64,000 nucleotides of DNA from Tortispora ganteri. Taxonomy: Eukaryota. The notes under the pieces were generated by a model. That model ran no database searches and was not told where the DNA came from. It saw only the letters and a list, made by a program, of their open reading frames with translations. The stretch is from NCBI GenBank assembly GCA_003707115.1, contig PPNB01000001.1, positions 1 through 64,000 on the forward strand, read 5' to 3'. Position numbers and translations under genes: made by a program. Below, one piece after another: positions 10,572 through 20,896 of the stretch (position 1 is the first letter of the stretch; each line of letters begins with the position of its first letter).

Positions 10572-11852
10572 ATGGCTACTGCAGAACTACCTGTACAGCT
10601 AACGCATGCTGCTGGCCAAGCCAACAAAGTGCATGGAAGTCCTAGCCCATTCGTTAACCGCAAGATCGAATGTGCAGGACCGTTTTTCTTGTCTCATGCT
10701 AGACGAGTACTACGAGGACGCACCTGGTCCGAAGATGAAAAAATCGAACAAGCTGCTAACTTTGTTGCAACTGAAGAGACGGAGGAAGATGATATTGGTG
10801 ATGAGCCTGAAGATCCCCTGATTTTACAGCACGATCCTAAAGAATGGAAAGAGCTTGACCTGTATGCTGCACTAGGCTTATCCAAGTTGAGATATAGAGC
10901 GACCGAAGACCAGATCAGGCGTGCCCATAGGCGAAAGGTATTGAAGCATCATCCTGATAAGAAGGCTGCGCAAGGTGCAATCGATGATGATCGTTTTTTC
11001 AAATGCCTTCAGAAGGCTTTTGAGGTTCTGATGGACCCGGTCAAGCGTAAGCAATTTGATTCTATAGATGAAGGTGCTGACGTTCCTCCGCCTGAAAACT
11101 ACAATAGCAAGAAACTTACTGAGGACGAGTTCATAGAAGGATGGGGTAAATTTTTCGAAGCAGAAGCTCGCTTCTCTAAAGTTCAACCAGTCCCTATGCT
11201 TGGCGATATGAATTCTAGCAAAGAAGAAGTGGAAGCATTCTATAAATTCTGGTTTAACTTTGACTCCTGGAGATCTTTTGAGTACCTAGACGAAGACGTC
11301 CCTGATGACTCTGACAATCGTGACAACAAGCGACACATCGAAAAGAAGAACAAAGCTGCTAGAGCAAAAGCTAAAACCGAAGACGTTGCTAGACTTCGCA
11401 ACATGGTTGATTCTGCTTTCAATAAGGACCCAAGAATGAAGAAGTTCCGTATGGAAGAGAAGAAGCAGAAAGAGCGCCTTAAATGGGAGCGTGAAGCCGA
11501 AAGCCGTAAAGCTGCTGAAGATGCCAAGAAAGCTGCTGAAGAAGAAGCTAAAAGAAAGGAGGAAGAAGACCGCAAAGCTAAAGAGCAACGTGAATCGCAA
11601 AAGAAGAACAAAGAAGCTGCTAAGAATGCTAGGAAAAAATCTAAGCGCACGATTAAGGCTGCTGCAAAAGATACTGATTATGAAGCTGAAGTGGAATCTT
11701 TAATTGAAGCTATGGATGATGTTCAACTATCAAATTCTGCCTCAAAGCTCTCTGATGTAGGCGATAAAAAGGCAAAGTTTGTGGAAATTGTTAATGAACT
11801 GGTGGCAGATGGTAAAATTGACGCCAGTTCTTTTCCAAAACTGCTCGCTTGA
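10572..11852 (+). CDS. ZUO1: Zuotin, ribosome-associated J-domain co-chaperone (RAC)
   Basis: J-domain DLYAALGLSKLRY..HRRKVLKHHPDKK, zuotin homology domain FWFNFDSWRSFEYLDED, charged middle region. Confidence 0.96.
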   Translation: MATAELPVQLTHAAGQANKVHGSPSPFVNRKIECAGPFFLSHARRVLRGRTWSEDEKIEQAANFVATEETEEDDIGDEPEDPLILQHDPKEWKELDLYAALGLSKLRYRATEDQIRRAHRRKVLKHHPDKKAAQGAIDDDRFFKCLQKAFEVLMDPVKRKQFDSIDEGADVPPPENYNSKKLTEDEFIEGWGKFFEAEARFSKVQPVPMLGDMNSSKEEVEAFYKFWFNFDSWRSFEYLDEDVPDDSDNRDNKRHIEKKNKAARAKAKTEDVARLRNMVDSAFNKDPRMKKFRMEEKKQKERLKWEREAESRKAAEDAKKAAEEEAKRKEEEDRKAKEQRESQKKNKEAAKNARKKSKRTIKAAAKDTDYEAEVESLIEAMDDVQLSNSASKLSDVGDKKAKFVEIVNELVADGKIDASSFPKLLA

Positions 11853-12007
11853 GTAAACTTCCATACTCTTTACTATAGAAATAATGCTCTGATCTAATTA
11901 GATAAATATGTAGCAACATTAAATTGCTTTTCTCTTCATCTAAGAAGAAAACGGATTTTATTACAGATTTACTTTAGATTTGCCTTTCCAAAGGAGACTA
12001 AAAGACA

Positions 12008-13129
12008 TTAAGCGTTAGCAGGTTTGCGCGCGATGAAAAGCATCATAGGGGTAAAAACTTTTTCTTCTCCACCTCTTACAAGGTTGACAGCAGCCTCCTC
12101 CAAAGCGTTGGTAACCTTGACAGAGCCTTTAGGAGCAATTCTCACCTTTTCAAGAGCACCAACTGAAAGGGTGGTTATGAAACGGCCTATGCGCGAGACA
12201 CGGAACACTGTCAAGAGATCAGTGAGAGATCTGGCATATTTAAGATTGCCAGAAAGGGGATAGTACCAAGGTACTTCATCGTCGCGATCAGCCAAATCTT
12301 CTTGGTACTCAATCTCAAAGCCTACCTTTTTTAAAGCTTCAATGGCGACATCGACGGAGAACATTTGAGGGATACCGTCGCCGATCTCAATTCCATATCG
12401 AATTTCACGGTGTTCTTTATTTTCAGGGTCAAAATTATGGGTCATTACCCATTCATAAACGCCGAAGACTCCACCAGGCTTCAAGACTTTATAAATTTGG
12501 CCATAGACGCCTTCCAAAGATGGAGCATGTACAGTGGCCTCGATAGCGTAAACCGCGTCGAAAGTTTCAGGGTCGAACTCGATGTTCATAAAATCGCCCT
12601 TAGCAAAAGTGACTTGATTTTCAAGGCCTGCAACTTTAGAGTAGTATTGAGCGCGTTCAATTTGGTAGTCATTGTTGTTAAGTCCAACGACGTTGGCAGA
12701 AGTGAAGCGTGCAATCTCGCGAGCAGGGCCTCCAACACCACATCCTACATCAAGAACTTTCATTCCAGCTTGGATACCCATCTTGTAGGCCAGATAGTGC
12801 TCGTGGCGCGCAATGGCCTGCATATGAGGCTCACCCGGGTAGTAACGACAGAAATGGAAAGAGCCACCCCATCCGTACTCGTAAAAGTCGGTTACTAAGT
12901 TGTAGTAATGGCGGGTTAGTGCGGCATAGTCTATAAGACGACCTTCACGATCTTCATCATTTTCATCAGCACCTTTCTTCTTCTTGAAAAATTGAAAGTA
13001 TCTCTCGGAGGCAAGGTTCAATGCCTCTTGATCTTTTGATAGTGCAGCGGTGAACCCCTTCTTAGATGTAGACTTTTCGCCATGCATGGCCTTCGAAAAA
13101 GCCTTATCATCCTGTTGATTATTGCTCAT
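12008..13129 (-). CDS. ERG6: Sterol 24-C-methyltransferase
   Basis: [63 protein letters not shown]. Confidence 0.97.
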   Translation of the reverse strand: MSNNQQDDKAFSKAMHGEKSTSKKGFTAALSKDQEALNLASERYFQFFKKKKGADENDEDREGRLIDYAALTRHYYNLVTDFYEYGWGGSFHFCRYYPGEPHMQAIARHEHYLAYKMGIQAGMKVLDVGCGVGGPAREIARFTSANVVGLNNNDYQIERAQYYSKVAGLENQVTFAKGDFMNIEFDPETFDAVYAIEATVHAPSLEGVYGQIYKVLKPGGVFGVYEWVMTHNFDPENKEHREIRYGIEIGDGIPQMFSVDVAIEALKKVGFEIEYQEDLADRDDEVPWYYPLSGNLKYARSLTDLLTVFRVSRIGRFITTLSVGALEKVRIAPKGSVKVTNALEEAAVNLVRGGEEKVFTPMMLFIARKPANA

Positions 13130-13357
13130 GTTATTTGGTTTTAAATTCTCTTTCTGTTCAAATGAGTGACAAGCCGGTGCAATGAAGCAGGAAGAAAGAG
13201 GAAGGAGAATGTGGCTTACTCGAGCGTAGGAAGGAGGAGTTATTAGATTCGTTCCGCTAAAATTACCCTGTACCCTACGGTGAGTACCGTTTTCATAGAA
13301 ACCGCGTCGCTAGTGACGACCGTGATAGTCAATCTGCCTGCGGGAACTTTTTCTTGC

Positions 13358-13363
13358 ACGCGT
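13358..13363. promoter_or_regulatory. MCB element (ACGCGT) upstream of MEC1; second CGCGT core at 13303-13307
   Basis: Exact ACGCGT about 85 bp upstream of the MEC1 ATG; MBF control is typical of replication and checkpoint genes. Confidence 0.45.
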
Positions 13364-13405
13364 TCCTTCTCTCTAGCAAACATCTGCCTAATTTTTGCAG
13401 ATTCA

Positions 13406-13447
13406 ATGGTTTACGACCTGAATAGAGTAGCTAGTAATCTGATATAA
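13406..13447 (+). other. Upstream ORF (MVYDLNRVASNLI*) whose TAA shares its last A with the MEC1 ATG (TAATG)
   Basis: ATG 13406-13408, open for 13 codons to TAA 13445-13447; MEC1 ATG 13447-13449. Confidence 0.45.
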
Positions 13448-16400
13448 TGGACGCTACTGAATCAGCGTTTAGAGATCTACTGAACGAGATCTTGTCATTG
13501 GAGTCACAGTCTATTCCTACGGATCAGCGCCCTGAAGTTTCATTAAGACTGGTGCAAGTAATATTCCGTGATGGTATTCTAGTAATTTACGACTCTGCTC
13601 TCAGAACTCCTAAGCTGACCCCAGGTGTTATTAATTTAGCAAAAGACAGCTTGCAAGCTATAAGCGTGCTGTGCAATCGATCGCCTGACATACTGACGTT
13701 ATTCATAGCGGAAGAGCATGTATGGGAATATATTCTTGTCAGATTGCTGCCGCTCTTATCAGCGGCTCCGTCAGTCCAGCAACTGTATTTTGATGTAGTC
13801 AGAACTTTAAAGGCGTTCCTAATTGGTTTAGAGAGTCGTCCAGCTTTACTCACAGCTCTCGCCTCTGTTCTTTTTCGTCTCAATTCGTTGTTTCATGATA
13901 TATGTTTCTTCCTAAAAAATTACTCAACATTTAACGCCCCAGAATTTTCTTACGACTTACCTTCTACTCCTTCTTTTCAGCACTATCGTCTCACATCTCC
14001 TCGTCGTGCTTTGGCTGTGGCTTATGGCCTTCTTGACATACTCGGCAATCGCTCACAAAATCCTTCCGACTTCGAGAATAGGCAAATTGTCACACCTGCT
14101 CGCTCAAAGCTCTTTATTGCGAAATATAACTATCACTGGGTAATAGTTCACTTCAGCTCTCTATGGAATCTGCTCGACAAGTGGTCACCCGATTTTGACC
14201 CTTCTCCCGACTCTGCTATATCTCGTTCACATGCGTTAGATTTACTCGTCAAATTCGTCTGTGACTATCCTACATTCTGGCTTTCATATTCTGCTAATTT
14301 TATCTCTCAGCAATTTCCACTCGTTTCTAGCTGGCCTAGAACTTGTCAGTCTCGATTTATAAAGCTAGCTCTACAATTCTCGAAAGTTTTAGTAGGAGAA
14401 AATCATCACAGTTCTGACCTAAAGACTTGGCTCTGTGTTGAACTAATTCCTATTGCACAGAGATGTTTAAATTACTACAGAGATAGTAACTCTTCACCGT
14501 TATCAGATTTGGAATATCTTGCTGAATGGCTGCCAGCCGTGTTAAGCACTTTTTTTGGGAACGACAAGCAAATAGATCAATCCAAGTTTCAAGCTGTTGA
14601 ATTTGTAAAACTCTCGAATGAAATTCACTTTCAACTATCTACCCTGAAAAAGAATCGTCTGATTTCTTCTGAGTGCAGCCAGCAATATTTCACTGCACAA
14701 ACTTCTTTTTCGGCAGATAGCGCACATTCTACCAGTAATATTTACTCGGCATCACTGAAGTCTTCAGTCTTTTCTTCTTCTCTTACTACAGATTCTTCTC
14801 CACATTTGGCTTCACGACCTACTTCACTTGGCTCTAGTTCTTTATGTTTTATTCTTTCTAGGATAGGCGAGCATGTGGGGATATCTCCCGTTCCTGACAT
14901 TACAGTTATTGCGGATATATTTGAATCTGAAAATTCTAAATTTCTGAGCATGGACACATTGCTGGTAATTATAGAGCTGGCTGGATATATTGGTTGCTCG
15001 TTAGTCTCTAATCTGTCTACCAGCACGAAGCTGAAGTGTCGTTTCTGTGACTTCGAAACCCTAGTGAATCCTTTTCAAAAAGTTGGAGAGAGTATTTTTG
15101 CTTATCGACTACAAAATTGTGCAGATGATGAATTATTGCGATTGTTTGAGAATCTTATTAAATCTCCCGTGTTACAAGATTCCCCAGAGGCACAAGTAAA
15201 ATTGGCAGTCGCTTTGAGACGAACATTTAGTCACATTCCTGCCCCTTCGTATGAATCGTCTTACTTGGGAAACTGGTGCTCTAAAGTTCTAAGAAGTTCT
15301 TGCCGGAATGTCAGACTAGAGGCGGTTTTGCTGATACCTACTTTTGTAAATCACCCTTACACATTAGTTACCGATAATTGTTCTGCCATAATAAAGGACT
15401 TTAATGAACTGGAGACGAGCCCTAGGCAATTTGAGTTTGGTGCAGAAACAATTGCTTCAGCCTGGAGTCACCTGGGTGAGGTAGTAGAGGGAGAAGCTCT
15501 AAATATGGTACTGGTTAAACTTCTACTGTTTTTGGGTGATAGCAATGTTTTTTCAGTTGCAATCGGCAATCGTGAATTGTTGCGCTTAGCGGATGCACGG
15601 GGTACCTCACCATGGGGTCTGCTAAGTCAGTTTTGGGGTACTCTTTCCACCCTGGTGATAGATGACATGCAAGCGCGACCGCGATTACTAAAAGCTGTCT
15701 GTGATCTTTTTGATTTCACCATAGATGATTTTCTTCGTCGCACGCAACGTTTTACTCTGCCTTTTCTTATTGCTTCTAGAAATAGAACAGCCTACGAAGC
15801 TGTCGCTTCTGCATGTGGTAAATCTTTGGTTGATATTTGTTGGGATAATATTGTGCCTATTCTTACGAATTTAATTACTATGCCTACTGAAAACGTCGTT
15901 CAAACTTCTGCCCAGTTACTTCTGGATGTTTCAGAAACATTTGGGTCTGTTGATATCCCTAGACTGATTCGTGCTGAGGTTATATCTGTTACTTCTTCTA
16001 TTCTCCAACTTTATGAAGACGACATGGAATCTGATTTAACTGCTGCCCTTGATTCAGCGATAAAAATAGTCGTACGCGCGCAGCTGAAAATCCCTCAAGA
16101 AAAAGATGTTGATCAGAATGACGTTGAGAATTACTTTGAGGAGACTATTCTCGGTATAGTGAATGTATTTCTGTCCGAATTTAAAGCAGATGAGGCGCGA
16201 AGGCAATACAATCGCAAAATTCATTGTCTCATTGGCTTTCGGCATCTTATTCGTTTGGCTGGGAAAGCAGTCAAGAGAGCTGTTCCGCAGATCACAAACT
16301 GCCTTATGTCAGCCGTGCTTGACCCATGCTTAACCACGCTCACTTTGGAAGTCTGGAAGCCTCTGCTACATGCTATCGGGGATGACCATATGAGTGACTT

Positions 16401-19400
16401 CATTTTAGTTACTCTTACAATGATTATTCATAATTTTGGTCACTTCTCAGATATTAATAAAAGGCTTGCACAAGAAATTATGATCCAAATTCTGACCATT
16501 AAAAACCAAGAGTCACCTGCTAATTGCGAATGGCTTTTACCAAACATATCTGAGAGTCAGAAGGCTTACTGGGAACTCTATATACCTGCGGAAACGCTCT
16601 CTGTAATAGTTGGAAAGCCTGTTGACAATTTGGAGTCTATACTTAAAAGATCTGGAAACGAAAATGCACTTGTTACTAAATGTGCTCTGGAAGAATTATA
16701 TGAAGTTCTTCTTGAAAATCAGGAACTAATATATTCAACCTACGTATCTACAGATAGAGGTTTGATTATAAGAATTACAGAAAGCCTTTTCACATGCCTG
16801 CGCAGGTTTCGGAACATTGACTCCAATGTTTTGAACCTTGTTACCAAATGTTTAGGTGCTCTAGGTGCTATTGATCCCTACAGATGCCGGCTGGATATGT
16901 CAATAAAGCAACCAGTGATTCGCTACCTTTTTCATGATTTTGGCGAGGTTCAAAACTTCTTGGTGCACTTTATTGAAGAACATCTGGTATACGCTTTTCG
17001 ATCTATGACAGATCCCGTTTCTCAGGGATTTTTGGCATATGCAATGCAAGAATCGTTGAGGATATGTGGGCTTTCTGTCTCTGTACTCTCCTCATGGTGT
17101 GACTCTACTGCAAGAGATATATGGGACTCTTTCTCGCCTGTATCTCAATCAACACTTACTCCTTTTCTCACTTCGAAGTTTACTGCTCCGGATAATGATA
17201 AGTCTATAAAAACATACCCGATATATAAGCCTGGAATTGTTTACACTGACTGGCTTAGAGCATTCCTCATGGACTTATTGTCTCATGTTGAAGACCCCAA
17301 GTTAGGCGATAGCAGAATTTCCCAACTATTTTCTTTGTTTAGAAAGGTTGTATACGGTCAAGACCTGTCAATCTCGAGATTTCTCCTGCCTTATATCTCA
17401 CTCTATGGGCTAGTCACATTTCCTCAGGTATGCTCCAACATTATTACGGAAATCTCAACCATTTTTATGCATCCGCTATCTACAGACAACAATGTTCAAC
17501 GGCAGTCACTTCTTCTAGCAAGTCAAGATATTTTTAGTATTGTTGACAACTGTACTAAGTGGCTAAGGTTTCACCAAGCATCATCTGCTAGGGAGATTAA
17601 AGGCCCTGGTAAGAACGGTAGAAATCAAAGAGGCACTGATATAAAGCCAGTCGAAGAGTTCTTGAAGCATATTAAACCTGCTGTTATGGCTACTCGTGCT
17701 TATGACTGTGGCTCTTATGCACGTGCTATATTTTACTGGGAGCAGCATATTCATTCTTTTGGGGATTTTAGCGGATCAGAGCAGGATATGGTTCTAAAAG
17801 ACCAATTGTATAGACGTCTGCACGAACTATATGGAAATATAGACGATCCTGACTCCCTAAGCGGTATTTCAACTATGTTCCCTATTATAAGAATTGGAGA
17901 TAGCGCTTCAGAACTTGAAGGATACTCGAAACATAAGATTCAGACTTGGAATCAGGAGGCTATTCTTCACAGAAAATACCATCGTTGGTCTAAAGCTAAG
18001 ACTTGCTATGAGTCCATTTTACAAATAGAACCAAACGATGAAAAATCTTATCAAAATGTTCTGATCTGCTTGAAAGAGTCAGAGGACTTTCTTGCACTAT
18101 CAGACAAGCTAGATTTAGGACTATCTAAGTCTTTATTAGCTGATATCAACACTATTCAACTTGGTGTAGAATCATGCTGGAGAAGGTGCAATTGGAGCAA
18201 GCTTGACTCTTGGCTAGCATATTTTGATAATTTGAATATGAAAACAGGAATGGATAGCACATTCTCCATTGAGGTTGGCTATCTTTTGAATTTTTTGCGC
18301 AAACGTGACTTCTCAGGTTTTATACTCCATATGAACAAAGCTAGGAAGCAAGTTACTGGATATTTATCTGAGACCACTGCGTCCTCGCTTTTTGAAACTA
18401 GAGACTCGATGGTTAAGTTACATGTTCTCCAAGATTTAGAATCATTTGCTTCTATTGCTGATTCAGGGTATGGTTCTGACGAAGATAAAAAGCTTTTTAA
18501 TAGATTAGAGCTCATCGGTCAATCATTTGAGGCGCGCTCTTTAATTTTGTCTGTTCAAAGGGCTGCTCTTAGTGTGACTTATCCAGCAGATGTGTCTGAA
18601 CCGTTCATCGGAAAGAGATGGATGGCACATTTGAAGTTGGCTCGGCGCTCAAGAGAATTACAGCTGGCATACCGCTATTTGTTAGATGCTCAAAGATTTC
18701 CACAATGTGACACGGATGTTGAATTTGCTAGACTCTTGTGGAATGATGAGCAGCATCGACAAGCTATAAAGCATCTTGCTAACGCATTGGATAACTCTAA
18801 AACTCTTGCTGAAGACTCTAATTCTTTAAAACGAGCCAAGACATTACTTCTTTACGCTAAATGGTATGATGCATCTGATCAAGGATCTAGCGACAAAGTT
18901 CTTGAGAAATACTCACAGGTATGCACGGTAAATCAAGCTTACGAAAGTGGGCATTATTACTTAGCCAAATATTTGACTAAACGAATGGAAGCAGAACAAC
19001 AGCTTCCTTACCGAGAGCGATCTCAAAACAGCTTATATGGCAGAGATGTAATTCATATATGCAGATCTTACTTGAATTCATTGGAATGTGGCACCAAATT
19101 CACTCATCAGACTATGCCGAAGCTTCTTACACTGTGGCTAGATTTCAGTGAGAAAATTGAAGAATACGAGACACTAGCTCAAGAAAAGGGATCTCAGACT
19201 CTGTCAGTCACCGTTCGCACCAATGTGAATTCTAATGAAAGACAGCTTCTTAAATGGATACAAGAATCCTTTCAGCAAATTCCTAAATACATGTTATATG
19301 ATTCATTGTCTTATATGATATCTCGCGTGTGCCACAAATCGAAAGAAGTTCGCAGTGTCTTGTGCTCTGCGATTGCAAACGTTATTGCTATATATCCCGA

Positions 19401-20754
19401 GTATACAATGTGGCAGTTGATGGCAATTCGCAAGTCTACGGACCCTGAAAGGCGAGCAGAAGGAAACAACATATCACGGAAAGTTCTACGCCGTAAAGAT
19501 GCTGGAGCAATAATGAAGTCTGCTGCGTTTTTAACGGAAGGATTGCTTAATATATGCAATAGGGTTATACCTGATGCTACTCACAGGATGAATATTGTGG
19601 AGCTTGGATTCAATAAATCTATTCTCCCTTGTCCCTTGGTTATGCCAATACAGAAAGAGGTCCATATGACTCTGCCAGAACGAAATATATCTCCTGAGTT
19701 TGAACCGTTTTCAGCTTCTAAAGTTACAATTTATTCTGTTGCTGACAAAGTTACAATACTGTCTTCTCTGCAAAAGCCTCGCAGAATTACTTTTATAGGC
19801 ACAGATGGAAAGGAATATAGCTTTCTATGCAAGCCAAAGGATGATTTACGGAAGGATGCGCGACTAATGGAAGTGACCGAGACAATGAACCGGATTTTCA
19901 AGAATCGAACGGAAGCGAACCTGAGACAGCTGCATATTAGATCTTACCGCGTGACCGTGCTGAATGAGGAGTGCGGCCTCATCGAATGGGTGCCAAATAT
20001 GAATACATTGAGGTCGCTTATAGAGACGCTCTACATCAAGAAGGGCCAGCGTATCGATTATAACTATTTGAGAGAGGTTTTCAAGAAAAACTCGCCTGAC
20101 GCACCAGATAGGTTTAAAAATGAGGTTTTGGTGAAATACAAGCCAGTTTTCCACGAATGGTTTTTTGAGGTATTTCCAGAGCCATCCATATGGATAGAAG
20201 CGAAGAATAACTTTGCGAGGACCTATGCGGTGATGTGTATGGTTGGGTTCATTTTGGGACTCGGAGATAGGCATGGTGAAAATATTCTTGTTGACGAAGC
20301 TTCTGGAGATATTTTACACGTGGACTTCAACTGTTTGTTTGACAAAGGTTTGATGTTCGATCAGCCTGAAGTGGTACCTTTTCGACTGACTCAGAATGTT
20401 GTTGATGGACTCAGCGTTACAGGGTACGAAGGGACATTTCGGCGTACGGCTGAAATAACCATGCAGCTGTTGAGAGAGAATCAAGATCTAATCATCAATA
20501 TTCTTGAATCGTTCCTCCATGATCCTGTTGTTGAACTTACTACTTCAAAAAAAAGAGGGTCACGTAAACCCGCTTCACGAACAGCTAGCGCCGAAGAAGC
20601 ACTATTGAAGCTCAAGAATAAGATACGAGGCGTTCTGCATTCTGGGACGCCTTTGCCGCTTAGTGTTGAGGGGCAGGTTGATCAATTGATATTGGAAGCT
20701 ACCGATATTAATAGATTATCGCGCATGTATATTGGATGGCTGCCTTTTTTTTGA
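13447..20754 (+). CDS. MEC1: PIKK checkpoint kinase Mec1/Rad3/ATR
   Basis: 2435 aa; HEAT/UME-like region, CLGALGAIDP, FAT region, SSLQKPRRI, KPKDDLRKDARLME, GLGDRHGENIL, HVDFNCLF, PEVVPFRLT, FATC LSRMYIGWLPFF. Confidence 0.96.
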   Translation: MDATESAFRDLLNEILSLESQSIPTDQRPEVSLRLVQVIFRDGILVIYDSALRTPKLTPGVINLAKDSLQAISVLCNRSPDILTLFIAEEHVWEYILVRLLPLLSAAPSVQQLYFDVVRTLKAFLIGLESRPALLTALASVLFRLNSLFHDICFFLKNYSTFNAPEFSYDLPSTPSFQHYRLTSPRRALAVAYGLLDILGNRSQNPSDFENRQIVTPARSKLFIAKYNYHWVIVHFSSLWNLLDKWSPDFDPSPDSAISRSHALDLLVKFVCDYPTFWLSYSANFISQQFPLVSSWPRTCQSRFIKLALQFSKVLVGENHHSSDLKTWLCVELIPIAQRCLNYYRDSNSSPLSDLEYLAEWLPAVLSTFFGNDKQIDQSKFQAVEFVKLSNEIHFQLSTLKKNRLISSECSQQYFTAQTSFSADSAHSTSNIYSASLKSSVFSSSLTTDSSPHLASRPTSLGSSSLCFILSRIGEHVGISPVPDITVIADIFESENSKFLSMDTLLVIIELAGYIGCSLVSNLSTSTKLKCRFCDFETLVNPFQKVGESIFAYRLQNCADDELLRLFENLIKSPVLQDSPEAQVKLAVALRRTFSHIPAPSYESSYLGNWCSKVLRSSCRNVRLEAVLLIPTFVNHPYTLVTDNCSAIIKDFNELETSPRQFEFGAETIASAWSHLGEVVEGEALNMVLVKLLLFLGDSNVFSVAIGNRELLRLADARGTSPWGLLSQFWGTLSTLVIDDMQARPRLLKAVCDLFDFTIDDFLRRTQRFTLPFLIASRNRTAYEAVASACGKSLVDICWDNIVPILTNLITMPTENVVQTSAQLLLDVSETFGSVDIPRLIRAEVISVTSSILQLYEDDMESDLTAALDSAIKIVVRAQLKIPQEKDVDQNDVENYFEETILGIVNVFLSEFKADEARRQYNRKIHCLIGFRHLIRLAGKAVKRAVPQITNCLMSAVLDPCLTTLTLEVWKPLLHAIGDDHMSDFILVTLTMIIHNFGHFSDINKRLAQEIMIQILTIKNQESPANCEWLLPNISESQKAYWELYIPAETLSVIVGKPVDNLESILKRSGNENALVTKCALEELYEVLLENQELIYSTYVSTDRGLIIRITESLFTCLRRFRNIDSNVLNLVTKCLGALGAIDPYRCRLDMSIKQPVIRYLFHDFGEVQNFLVHFIEEHLVYAFRSMTDPVSQGFLAYAMQESLRICGLSVSVLSSWCDSTARDIWDSFSPVSQSTLTPFLTSKFTAPDNDKSIKTYPIYKPGIVYTDWLRAFLMDLLSHVEDPKLGDSRISQLFSLFRKVVYGQDLSISRFLLPYISLYGLVTFPQVCSNIITEISTIFMHPLSTDNNVQRQSLLLASQDIFSIVDNCTKWLRFHQASSAREIKGPGKNGRNQRGTDIKPVEEFLKHIKPAVMATRAYDCGSYARAIFYWEQHIHSFGDFSGSEQDMVLKDQLYRRLHELYGNIDDPDSLSGISTMFPIIRIGDSASELEGYSKHKIQTWNQEAILHRKYHRWSKAKTCYESILQIEPNDEKSYQNVLICLKESEDFLALSDKLDLGLSKSLLADINTIQLGVESCWRRCNWSKLDSWLAYFDNLNMKTGMDSTFSIEVGYLLNFLRKRDFSGFILHMNKARKQVTGYLSETTASSLFETRDSMVKLHVLQDLESFASIADSGYGSDEDKKLFNRLELIGQSFEARSLILSVQRAALSVTYPADVSEPFIGKRWMAHLKLARRSRELQLAYRYLLDAQRFPQCDTDVEFARLLWNDEQHRQAIKHLANALDNSKTLAEDSNSLKRAKTLLLYAKWYDASDQGSSDKVLEKYSQVCTVNQAYESGHYYLAKYLTKRMEAEQQLPYRERSQNSLYGRDVIHICRSYLNSLECGTKFTHQTMPKLLTLWLDFSEKIEEYETLAQEKGSQTLSVTVRTNVNSNERQLLKWIQESFQQIPKYMLYDSLSYMISRVCHKSKEVRSVLCSAIANVIAIYPEYTMWQLMAIRKSTDPERRAEGNNISRKVLRRKDAGAIMKSAAFLTEGLLNICNRVIPDATHRMNIVELGFNKSILPCPLVMPIQKEVHMTLPERNISPEFEPFSASKVTIYSVADKVTILSSLQKPRRITFIGTDGKEYSFLCKPKDDLRKDARLMEVTETMNRIFKNRTEANLRQLHIRSYRVTVLNEECGLIEWVPNMNTLRSLIETLYIKKGQRIDYNYLREVFKKNSPDAPDRFKNEVLVKYKPVFHEWFFEVFPEPSIWIEAKNNFARTYAVMCMVGFILGLGDRHGENILVDEASGDILHVDFNCLFDKGLMFDQPEVVPFRLTQNVVDGLSVTGYEGTFRRTAEITMQLLRENQDLIINILESFLHDPVVELTTSKKRGSRKPASRTASAEEALLKLKNKIRGVLHSGTPLPLSVEGQVDQLILEATDINRLSRMYIGWLPFF

Positions 20755-20896
20755 GAAGCAGTGTGAATGAATAATGATGACAATTTGCATGGCAACGATA
20801 CTGCTAAATGTTAAATTTAAAATTACTATCGTATTATTAAGGCGACTTGCTTAAACTGTGAATAATTTATTTTTCGAATTACGAAGCAGCTTTAAG

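Noticed and set aside
13447..20754. Alternative yeast genetic code (CUG as Ser or Ala)
   Set aside because: CTG occurs at conserved Leu positions, e.g. PFRLT in Mec1 (CGA CTG ACT), consistent with the standard code; only spot-checked
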